Part shown: positions 25,779-33,514 of the stretch, piece by piece | Position numbering within the stretch: the stretch's first letter is position 1 | How the letters are laid out: each line of letters opens with the position of its first letter | Source of the DNA: a virus | Lineage: Duplodnaviria > Caudoviricetes | Strand: one strand, 5' to 3' | DNA length: 35,601 bases | Virus record (IMG/VR): IMGVR_UViG_3300031644_000008 | Location: 1 to 35,601 of that record | Notes under the pieces: model-generated | Told to the model about the DNA's origin: nothing | Databases searched by the model: none | The model's input: the letters and a program-made list of their open reading frames with translations, nothing else | Made by a program: the position numbers and the translations under genes

Positions 25779-26033
25779 ATGGCAACTCCAAGAAAGGGCA
25801 AAGCCAAAGTAAAAATAACCGCTAGTGGAAAGAAGGTTAGCTATGGTCAAGCAGGAAAAGCAAAGGACGGTGGCTCTAGAGTTAGAACAGGTACATCGAA
25901 GGGAGATAGTTATTGCGCCAGAAGTTTAGGCATAAAGAAAGGACTATCTAAAAAGAAACAAAATGATCCGAACACCCCCAACAACTTGTCACGCAAGCGT
26001 TGGAAATGTTCGGGTGCTAAGTCAAAGAAATAA
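25779..26033 (+). CDS. Small basic hypothetical protein with SYCARS...WKC motif
   Basis: 84 aa, Lys/Gly-rich. KKVSYGQAG, SYCARSLG and DPNTPNNLSRKRWKC. Confidence 0.7.
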   Translation: MATPRKGKAKVKITASGKKVSYGQAGKAKDGGSRVRTGTSKGDSYCARSLGIKKGLSKKKQNDPNTPNNLSRKRWKCSGAKSKK

Positions 26034-26049
26034 CTTAAAGTGATTAACT

Positions 26050-26205
26050 ATGAAAAAGTTTTGGAAGCTGTGGGCCTTGAGTCTAGGCGAAAGAGTGGGG
26101 GACACAGATTCCGAAGCTGATAACGTAGCAATCATAAGAACAACCTTAGTTATAATTAATTTAATATGTTGTTTCTGCATAATGGGCAACATCTTTATGG
26201 GTTAA
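26050..26205 (+). CDS. Small membrane protein (51 aa; not in the ORF track)
   Basis: MKKFWKLWALSLGERVGDTDSEADNVAIIRTTLVIINLICCFCIMGNIFMG*, with a C-terminal TM. RBS is weak. Confidence 0.6.
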   Translation: MKKFWKLWALSLGERVGDTDSEADNVAIIRTTLVIINLICCFCIMGNIFMG

Positions 26206-26432
26206 CCCGCTCCATGATTCAAGGCATTTAGTTCATCTTCTAAATACTTGTGGAGCGGTTCTAGTTTTTGTTTCGTAAGTTGTACAATGTTTCTTATCAT
26301 TAACAATTCATCATCCTTGAACGCTAGATGAAGATCCTTTTCGGGGATGCCGCTCATTTCTGTAACGACATGCCCCCGATCATTCACCAGTATTCTAAAG
26401 CCTAAGATGTTGGCTTCTCTTTTGTTAGACAA
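26202..26432 (-). CDS. Hypothetical protein
   Basis: Probable TTG start at 26432 with GGAG 9 nt upstream, overlapping the RNR stop. The ORF track extends it to 26453. Confidence 0.65.
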   Translation of the reverse strand: MSNKREANILGFRILVNDRGHVVTEMSGIPEKDLHLAFKDDELLMIRNIVQLTKQKLEPLHKYLEDELNALNHGAG

Positions 26433-28302
26433 TTTCACACGCTCCACCCACACACGCTAACTCTTGAGAACCTGTGGTGTTATCCTCCATTTCAAAGTTT
26501 CCAAGGTCTTGCCAATCAACCCCCTTAGGCATGGACGCTAGAAGTTCTTTATATCTAGTAGCATCTATGTCTTCATACGGAGCTTGCTGATAAACATGGT
26601 CACTAACTGGCAACAAACTAATACCGCTACAAAGATCAAAGTTGTCCCATATCCACTGAGCTACTTGCAAGAACTCGCTGTCAGTATAGTATACAGTGAT
26701 GCTTGGTTTATGCTCACACCAGTGATTCTGATAAGCTTTCCAAAGTTCTAGCTGTTGCATAGCGCCTACTTCTTTTACTGTCACGCTACCTTTAGGCGCT
26801 TTCACAGGGAAGCTAAAGACAGATGAAGAGGGCGACATAACATCCTGCTCTACTGGGAATCCTTTGTCTTCCATAAAGACTGCAAGTGGATCTTTTTTGT
26901 CTGAGCGTACTCTTCTGACATAGTACTTAGAAAAACGAGGGTGAATACCAGAGGCACTATCAACAAGCTGAGATACAGTACCGCTTGGCTTAACAGCAGT
27001 AATAGCTGTAGACTGATTAATTCCAAGCTTCTTAGCCCATTCCTCATTAGTTTTAATAGCCACATTTTTTATTTCCTCTAGCCATTCGGCTGTCTTATCT
27101 GTAGATTTCCCAATGACGCTATGATCCATAATGCCTGTCATGCTCACACCAAGCAATGCTTCTTCTTCTGTGTTCTTCTTCCACACATTACGCAAGTAAC
27201 GGAAGTCAGTAAGCGTTGCTTGAAGAGTACCGATGATAGCCGCAATACGACATTTCTTTTTAAGACTTTCAAGGTTATCACTTGACCGGACAACGATCTC
27301 GCTAAGGTTGCAAAACTGGTTAGATCGTAAAATTATCTCCGAACAGGGATTTGTCCCGAAGTCCTGCTCTGCATCCCTACGTCCATTACGTGCGGCAATC
27401 TTCTGTGCCGCTACACGGCTAAAGATACCACGCTCACCTGCCTTACTCTCATACATAGTCTGCATCTCAGACAAGAAAGCGGAGAAGTCAGGCTTCTCTG
27501 TGTACGCTACGCTGTTGTTAGCCAATGCACGTTGACCTTCATGTCTCCACCAATCACCTGACTTAGCTTTAGCCATACGTTGATCTGAAAGATTAGATAG
27601 GCTAATGAGTGCTGATCGTCTAACACCACCTACGACTACGATGTCTGCAATCTTACACACAATGTCGTGACACTCAATGGAGGTTAGCTTACGTCCTGAT
27701 GCTTTCTGGAACACTATAATACAAAAGTTAAACAAGTCTACTAAAGGATCAGGGCCAGATGCTCGACCACCAAAGGTCTTTAGTCTCTCTCCTGCACCGC
27801 GCACTCGACTAACATCCCACTTAGGAATCTTACCTGCATAGAGCATAGCAATCAACTCGCGGAAGGCTGATGCCCAACCAATCTTGCTGTCGCTCACCAT
27901 GATAACGCTGTCAGTATCGTGGAAACTCTCAGCAACTTCTGGAAGCTTGTTGATAAAGTTACGCTCAACACTAAAGCCTACACCTGTACCACACATAAGA
28001 ACATACATCAACTCGTCAAAGGATCGCGGAGAATCAATGTGTAGGTAACTACAGTTGAATCCTGCTACGTTGTCTTTGTCCAGTGCTACACCTGCTGTCA
28101 TCATACATCGCATAGAGGGCATGACTTCTAGGTTAAAGATAGCGTCATACAACTCTTGTCCTTCCTTGACTGTAATCTGCTCACGATCTCTCCAGAACTG
28201 CACGTAGCGGAAGACTGTTTCTGCCCATGTTTCTCTACGGCTATGCTCTGGCATCCAACGTGCGTAGCGGCTCTTGTGTATAAACTGTTGATACTGATCC
28301 AT
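26425..28302 (-). CDS. nrdJ: Class II (adenosylcobalamin-dependent) ribonucleotide reductase, monomeric type
   Basis: FNCSY, GTGVGF, GGVRRSA, GTNPCSEI, FCNLSE, TAVKPSGT and C-terminal ACVGGAC. No nrdB-like gene adjacent. Start MDQYQQF at 28302 with AGGAG. Confidence 0.9.
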   Translation of the reverse strand: MDQYQQFIHKSRYARWMPEHSRRETWAETVFRYVQFWRDREQITVKEGQELYDAIFNLEVMPSMRCMMTAGVALDKDNVAGFNCSYLHIDSPRSFDELMYVLMCGTGVGFSVERNFINKLPEVAESFHDTDSVIMVSDSKIGWASAFRELIAMLYAGKIPKWDVSRVRGAGERLKTFGGRASGPDPLVDLFNFCIIVFQKASGRKLTSIECHDIVCKIADIVVVGGVRRSALISLSNLSDQRMAKAKSGDWWRHEGQRALANNSVAYTEKPDFSAFLSEMQTMYESKAGERGIFSRVAAQKIAARNGRRDAEQDFGTNPCSEIILRSNQFCNLSEIVVRSSDNLESLKKKCRIAAIIGTLQATLTDFRYLRNVWKKNTEEEALLGVSMTGIMDHSVIGKSTDKTAEWLEEIKNVAIKTNEEWAKKLGINQSTAITAVKPSGTVSQLVDSASGIHPRFSKYYVRRVRSDKKDPLAVFMEDKGFPVEQDVMSPSSSVFSFPVKAPKGSVTVKEVGAMQQLELWKAYQNHWCEHKPSITVYYTDSEFLQVAQWIWDNFDLCSGISLLPVSDHVYQQAPYEDIDATRYKELLASMPKGVDWQDLGNFEMEDNTTGSQELACVGGACEIV

Positions 28303-28718
28303 TAATTGTTCTCCTTGGTTACTTTGTCTGTTAATAATGCGAGATACCACATAGCTTTTTGTAAGTCTTCTACCTGCTTGCCTTTGTAATCATAGCGCCA
28401 AAGGTATTTCATACAGTTACCCTTGAGGTAGCCCTTGAAAGCTACCGAAGACATAGACTCTTCAATGGCTTCAATGCATTCTATATTACCAGTATTGTAA
28501 TGCTTTGGCTTGTTGACTACATCTTCAAGCGAAGGCTTCCTAGTTGCAAGATCCTTTAAAGCAGTTCGTATAGCTTCTTCGTGTCCATATTCATGTGCTT
28601 CTTTCATAGCCATATCAATGTAAGGCTGATTGTCTATTGTGCTTTTATCAATAGCAGGATGTTCTTTACGTACTCTATCCCAATCTGATGGTGTTGCGTC
28701 ATTTAATCGTCTGGTCAT
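28302..28718 (-). CDS. DUF3310 / T7 gp1.7-like nucleotide kinase domain protein
   Basis: VNKPKHY...IECIEAI...GYLKGNCMKYLWRY..KGK..EDLQKAMWYL. Confidence 0.8.
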   Translation of the reverse strand: MTRRLNDATPSDWDRVRKEHPAIDKSTIDNQPYIDMAMKEAHEYGHEEAIRTALKDLATRKPSLEDVVNKPKHYNTGNIECIEAIEESMSSVAFKGYLKGNCMKYLWRYDYKGKQVEDLQKAMWYLALLTDKVTKENN

Positions 28719-28857
28719 GTTCTATCTCTGTATAAAGGTTAATGGGGGGTTCTTTGCGCTTAGTATCTTTTAATTTAGAAGCAGAGTTAATCTTCTTAAA
28801 CTTCTTCTTCCTTAAAAACCTATCGCGCCTTTCGTCTTTACGGCTAATGTCAGTCAA
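28699..28857 (-). CDS. Small basic hypothetical protein (52 aa)
   Basis: TTG at 28857 preceded by GGGAGA, giving (M)TDISRKDERRDRFLRKKKFKK... It fills the gap between neighbours; the longer track ORF overlaps the endonuclease. Confidence 0.55.
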   Translation of the reverse strand: MTDISRKDERRDRFLRKKKFKKINSASKLKDTKRKEPPINLYTEIEHDQTIK

Positions 28858-29317
28858 AACTCTCCCTCTTCTTTGGGTTAATCCAACTATCAGGGATGCT
28901 CTCTTCGCTGAACCATCTAAAGTTGTTAGCACTTGCCCACTCACCGTGGCTTCTTTTAGTTCCATCCTTTCTACGTTTAGCCTGTGGCATTGGCGCACTT
29001 GGATTGGCAAAAAGAAACACTAGTTCAGTGTCTTCCGGCAACGCTTTACTTATCCATATATACTTACTGAACTCAGCATAGTCCCAGAACCTTCCTTTAG
29101 CTTCAAGTAAAATCTTCTTACCTTCAATATCTTTGATGAAGTCTGGGTGGTAGTTGTGGTCAATTGTATATGGAACCTTTTCTGTATGGAAGCTCCAGAC
29201 ATCTAGGATTCCTGTATGTAACTGATACTCCCAGTTAGAATCATACCCCTGCACAAGATCCTTTCCCACTGGGCGAACGGCTCTTGGTTTGCGGAAACCT
29301 TTCCTAACCTTTTTCAA
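28850..29317 (-). CDS. Endonuclease I-like Holliday junction resolvase (T7 gp3 family)
   Basis: YDSNWE...YHPDF...LLEAKGRF (PD-(D/E)XK), LVFLF and 'HGEWA..NNFRW...IP.SW'. TTG start. Confidence 0.8.
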   Translation of the reverse strand: MKKVRKGFRKPRAVRPVGKDLVQGYDSNWEYQLHTGILDVWSFHTEKVPYTIDHNYHPDFIKDIEGKKILLEAKGRFWDYAEFSKYIWISKALPEDTELVFLFANPSAPMPQAKRRKDGTKRSHGEWASANNFRWFSEESIPDSWINPKKRESFD

Positions 29318-29469
29318 TGGATGATTGCCTCTCTGCGTTCTAGCTCTGCTTCTATTAACATCTGTAGGTCGTAAAGAAAATCTTCTTCTATATCTATAAT
29401 AGAATTAGAAGACCCACCTGCATTGTATAAGTAACTTCCTGTAGCAATGATCATCTCTTCAATACTCAA
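29314..29469 (-). CDS. Small acidic hypothetical protein (51 aa; not in the ORF track)
   Basis: TTG at 29469 with GGAG RBS: (M)SIEEMIIATGSYLYN...EAELERREAIIH*. TTGA overlaps at both ends. Confidence 0.65.
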   Translation of the reverse strand: MSIEEMIIATGSYLYNAGGSSNSIIDIEEDFLYDLQMLIEAELERREAIIH

Positions 29470-29735
29470 TTGATCTCTCCAAGAGTAATACTTTCTATTT
29501 CACGTTTAGGGTTAGCTTTAAGCACTCGCAGTATCTTGTTGCCTATCCACTTAGGATGATAGGCGTTGCGGTGCATGGTACGGTGAGCCATAAAGTGTGT
29601 CTGCTCAGGCATATAGTTTGTATAGTTTTTAGTGTTTATCTTCTGGCCTTCTTCTTCAGTGACTAAAGTCTTAAACCACTCTACAAATATAGTACTTGAG
29701 TGCGCTCGTATTCGCTTAGCTTTCCTTCCGTTCAT
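29466..29735 (-). CDS. Hypothetical protein
   Basis: 89 aa, ATGA overlap, GAGG RBS, MNGRKAKRIR start. Confidence 0.7.
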   Translation of the reverse strand: MNGRKAKRIRAHSSTIFVEWFKTLVTEEEGQKINTKNYTNYMPEQTHFMAHRTMHRNAYHPKWIGNKILRVLKANPKREIESITLGEIN

Positions 29736-30586
29736 AGTAGTTCCTCTACTTTAGGTTCGACTACAACCTCTGTTAAGTATGTTAGTCCATTGGAGTATCT
29801 AAAGGTTCGTAGACCTTTACCATCATTAGAATCTGCATAACATTTGAACTTATACTTACACCAGTTACACCCCTTCGGTAGTTTCATGTTGCCCTTCTTA
29901 CCGTCAGGAACGGGAGTATAACACAATGCAGGTGGCGTGTCAAGCTCTAGTGCAGGTAAAAGAATACCAATAGATGATCGGATGTTAGGCTTGTCAAGAT
30001 CATCAGGCACGTACATGCACAACTCGCCGCTCTCTTTGTTCAACACCAAGAAGCCACCGTTCTCTGTACCCTCTGCCGCCTCATACCCTGCAAGCTGACC
30101 CAAGTAACCAAACGGATCATCCTGAGCTAAGCGTCCTTCCTTGAACTTGTTGAACGCAAAGCGAGAGGCTGTCTTAACATCGACTACTTCACCGTTGATC
30201 TTGCAATCCATGTGGCCTACGATGCCGTCAACTGTAACTTCTTTCTGCTCGTCTGTTACTTCGTGACCTGCCATGCGTACTAGCATCAACACAATCTCTT
30301 CAAGCAAGTGGCCGTATAGAAACTTAATCTGTGTTGGCCCATCAATACCGCCACGCCCTTGAGGGTCACGCTTCTCATACCACAACTGGCGTGAGGGCTT
30401 GCCTACGTTAGACATGCGTACAGTGAAGTTAGTATCTCGTTTGCGAGGAGTTGCCCAAGAACGTAGAGCCTCTGTCATACCTTGTACGGCTCTGTCTATG
30501 TCGGCATCAGTCAGAGGTAAAGGCTCACCCTCTGATAGTTTTTCTAAGTGACTATAGATGTCAGGTACTAAAGTATTAAGCTTCAT
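29732..30586 (-). CDS. PD-(D/E)XK exonuclease (Cas4/RecB-like family)
   Basis: FLYGHLLE, GHMD, VDVKTAS, QLAGY and C-terminal CNWC...C. Confidence 0.8.
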   Translation of the reverse strand: MKLNTLVPDIYSHLEKLSEGEPLPLTDADIDRAVQGMTEALRSWATPRKRDTNFTVRMSNVGKPSRQLWYEKRDPQGRGGIDGPTQIKFLYGHLLEEIVLMLVRMAGHEVTDEQKEVTVDGIVGHMDCKINGEVVDVKTASRFAFNKFKEGRLAQDDPFGYLGQLAGYEAAEGTENGGFLVLNKESGELCMYVPDDLDKPNIRSSIGILLPALELDTPPALCYTPVPDGKKGNMKLPKGCNWCKYKFKCYADSNDGKGLRTFRYSNGLTYLTEVVVEPKVEELL

Positions 30587-31043
30587 GCTGAACTTCCTTA
30601 ATAATAGTTTTTATTTTATTTAAAGGCGTGTTAAACCACTCTCCTTTATTCCCGCAACCAGTTGTTATAAGTTTATCATGTACTATTTTCTCTGTTGTTT
30701 TTCTATTATTAAAAAACTCAGCATATTCTAATTTAAAATCACGGAAGGGACTAGAGGTTTGATAAGTCCTGCATCTATCGTCTGCATCTATAGCCATCCC
30801 AACTTTGTACCAACCTTTCCATGCAGGATTAGATACCACATAGATATGACCGCGCTTTACCTTATCATATTTACCATAGACTGCTTGACCAATAGTTAAA
30901 GCTAGTCTTGCAAGTTTGTTTTTTCTATTTTTAATAGTGTCACAAGGGTTGCAAATATAATTATATTTTTTAACATTAGAGATATACCAGTTGTCTTCTG
31001 TTAAAAGTACGTCACAGTGGTTACAATTTTTAATGTGTTTCAC
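30576..31043 (-). CDS. GIY-YIG (T5orf172-like) endonuclease with N-terminal Zn finger; probable free-standing homing endonuclease
   Basis: CNHC...CNPC, GHIYVV...WYKVGMA..ADDRCRTYQTSSP...E...H...GEWF. GTG start. Visibly more AT-rich than its neighbours. Confidence 0.75.
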   Translation of the reverse strand: MKHIKNCNHCDVLLTEDNWYISNVKKYNYICNPCDTIKNRKNKLARLALTIGQAVYGKYDKVKRGHIYVVSNPAWKGWYKVGMAIDADDRCRTYQTSSPFRDFKLEYAEFFNNRKTTEKIVHDKLITTGCGNKGEWFNTPLNKIKTIIKEVQHEA

Positions 31044-32802
31044 TCCAGTTCTCCCCGACTTTATAGTCTCCGTCCAGTGGACAGTTTAGATTAAAGATAC
31101 ATCCCGCTTCTCTTATAGCTTGGACACCTAGCTTACCTACCTCTACTGCATCATCAAGGTGACACTCTATCTGCCATTCGTCATGTACGTTGGCTACAAA
31201 CTTAGCATCGTATCCATGATTAGTTATCTTCTGGTCTAAGATGATTAGTGCTTTCTTCATCACGATTGCTCCTGCTCCTTGCAACAAGGTATTCAAAGCG
31301 GCATGTTCTGAGCGAACAGTCAAGCGTCTACCATCTAGTCCTTTAACGAATCCGCTTGTAGCTTCTCTCTGTACTCTGTCCGTAAGAGTTTTAAATGATG
31401 GTAGGTTATCAAAGAACCGTTGTCTAAGTCCTTTACCACTTGCTCTACCTCTGTTAGCCACAGACCCAAGCTTTGCATCTCCGGCTCCGTACAGGAGGGC
31501 ATAGATGAAAGTTTTTGCCTGATTTCTTGACTCAAGTCCTGCAAGCTTTTGATTAGTGGTGTGTATGTCTCCATTAAGGATTTCATTTGTATAGCCCTCG
31601 TCATTTAAATAATGTGCTAACATTCTAAGCTCAAGCCCAGAAGCGTCGATCCCAACCAGACGATAGTTCTCTGGCACTGTCCAACAAGATCGGCAATCTT
31701 CGCCATACGGTGACGAACTACTAGGAATTTGAGCCATGTTAGGATGTGAATGAGTCATGCGCGATGTCACTGCACCATTAGGATTGACGTAACCATGTAC
31801 TCTTCCAGTAGTTTCATCAAGCTCCTTGATCCAACTCTTAGTTTGAGCCAAGCGTTTCTGTACCATCAGGTACTTAGCAATCAACAAAGCCTGTGGAATA
31901 CCTCTAACTTTATTTAGTGTTGCTTCGTCCACAATGGGCTGACCTGTAGGTGTATGCTTCTGCGGCTTCCAACCAAAACGAATTAGGTACTCACCAATCT
32001 GCTTACGCGAACCTAAGTTAAAAGGCGTTTCAGTTTTACGAGCAATGGGCTTACAGTCTATGTCCAACGATAGTCTCTCATGCTCCTCGTCAGAGAGGCG
32101 TGTCCCTTTACCATGCTGATCAGTAGCTGTCTTAGCTACGTGACCTAATGCTGTATACTTAGCTGTTAGTATCTGAGTAGTAACTACAGGACGGAACTCT
32201 TCCTGTACCTCTGCCTCTAGATCATGTAGCTTAGTTTCAAACATAGCCATCAAGCCCATAACTTTCTTAACATCTAACACAAACCCATTGGTACGTTGCT
32301 GATCTACAATCTTAGCTACTGCATGTTCTATCTGCACTGACTCAGGTGTGAAGCCACGGCTCTCAACCTTCAACGCTTCATATACTTTAGTATTAAGCAA
32401 CACATCGTTCTTGCAGTACTCTAGCATCTCAGGTGTGTACTCGTCCCAAGCATCTTCTTGCTGACCAAAGTCACCCTTGCGAAAGCCTAGACGATAGCCC
32501 CACCCTTCAAGTCCGTGGTTGCCTTCGCGTGTTGGCTTGAAGAGGCGTGACAGTACGAGTGTATCAACGATCTTCTTGTCAAACAGATCAACCCCTGCAA
32601 CCTTTTTAATAGCAGGGATGTCATAGCCTATCAAGTTGTGGCCTATTAGTTTAGTTGCAGAGGACAGCATAGCATAGCCCTCGTCTAGTTGTGTGTTGTC
32701 AAACGTGAACACATCTTTTGTGTCTACGTCCTGTGCCACGATACAATGTATCTTCGTGGGGTCTAAGCCGTCTGCTTCTATATCAAATACTAAGTTACTC
32801 AT
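31030..32802 (-). CDS. DNA polymerase family A (T7 gp5-like) with 3'-5' exonuclease
   Basis: ExoI FDIEAD, ExoII GHNLIGYDIP, ExoIII YCKND. Motif A DASGLELR, motif B RNQAKTFIYALLYG, motif C VHDE. Confidence 0.95.
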   Translation of the reverse strand: MSNLVFDIEADGLDPTKIHCIVAQDVDTKDVFTFDNTQLDEGYAMLSSATKLIGHNLIGYDIPAIKKVAGVDLFDKKIVDTLVLSRLFKPTREGNHGLEGWGYRLGFRKGDFGQQEDAWDEYTPEMLEYCKNDVLLNTKVYEALKVESRGFTPESVQIEHAVAKIVDQQRTNGFVLDVKKVMGLMAMFETKLHDLEAEVQEEFRPVVTTQILTAKYTALGHVAKTATDQHGKGTRLSDEEHERLSLDIDCKPIARKTETPFNLGSRKQIGEYLIRFGWKPQKHTPTGQPIVDEATLNKVRGIPQALLIAKYLMVQKRLAQTKSWIKELDETTGRVHGYVNPNGAVTSRMTHSHPNMAQIPSSSSPYGEDCRSCWTVPENYRLVGIDASGLELRMLAHYLNDEGYTNEILNGDIHTTNQKLAGLESRNQAKTFIYALLYGAGDAKLGSVANRGRASGKGLRQRFFDNLPSFKTLTDRVQREATSGFVKGLDGRRLTVRSEHAALNTLLQGAGAIVMKKALIILDQKITNHGYDAKFVANVHDEWQIECHLDDAVEVGKLGVQAIREAGCIFNLNCPLDGDYKVGENWSETH

Positions 32803-32814
32803 TTTCTTTTGCCT

Positions 32815-33345
32815 TTATGGTTTAAAGTTGTTGGACTTACTAAGATTGTCATGCCACGGAAGTATCTGTAAATTTGTTTCAACATGAAGACCGCTCACCA
32901 GTTTACCTCTAAGTGGTATAATATGATCGACATGCATGACTATTCCTGTTTCTTCCTGTAGTCGTTTAGCTTCCACGTAAAACTCAACAATCTTTTCGCG
33001 GTTAGCCCAAGCTACGGTACGTTTGATCTTGGCGGCCCTGCGCTCGACAGCGTATTCGTTGACCTTATCAAGGTTTGCCTTCCGCCACGCAAGAGAAGTA
33101 GCCCTGTGCCTTTCTTTGTTGGCTTCGTACCAAGCCTTGTTAGTGGCCGCCTTGACTTCTTTGTTGCGTTGCGCCGACTCCCTCTTTCTAAAATTAATAC
33201 GCTCTCTGTGCGCTTGGCGATATTCGAAACCTTTAAGCGATATACAGGCTCTACACTCAGATCGTAGGCCGCTTGGGGTGGCCCGCTTCTTAGAGAAACA
33301 CCCAAGCTCCTTAACCTCTCCGCACTTGGTACACTTCTTATTCAA
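32815..33345 (-). CDS. HNH endonuclease with N-terminal Zn ribbon; probable free-standing homing endonuclease
   Basis: CTKC...CRAC, then HVDHIIPLRGKLVSGLHVETNLQILPWHDNLSKSN. TTG start with GGAG. Confidence 0.85.
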   Translation of the reverse strand: MNKKCTKCGEVKELGCFSKKRATPSGLRSECRACISLKGFEYRQAHRERINFRKRESAQRNKEVKAATNKAWYEANKERHRATSLAWRKANLDKVNEYAVERRAAKIKRTVAWANREKIVEFYVEAKRLQEETGIVMHVDHIIPLRGKLVSGLHVETNLQILPWHDNLSKSNNFKP

Positions 33346-33514
33346 GAGGACTCCGTGAATCTTTCAGCATCTCGTCGTAATACTTTAGCAGAACATCATG
33401 TTCAATTGCAACTTTGATACCCTCAAGAGTGTAGTACGCCCATCTTATAACAGTTATAGGGCGAAAGAACTGGTTGTGTTTGTCTATCTCAAAGCCATTA
33501 AAGGTAGTAGTCAT
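33338..33514 (-). CDS. Small hypothetical protein (58 aa; not in the ORF track)
   Basis: ATGA overlap with the primase-helicase stop, GAGG RBS. MTTTFNGFEIDKHNQFFRP...WAYYT...SPLE*. Confidence 0.65.
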   Translation of the reverse strand: MTTTFNGFEIDKHNQFFRPITVIRWAYYTLEGIKVAIEHDVLLKYYDEMLKDSRSPLE

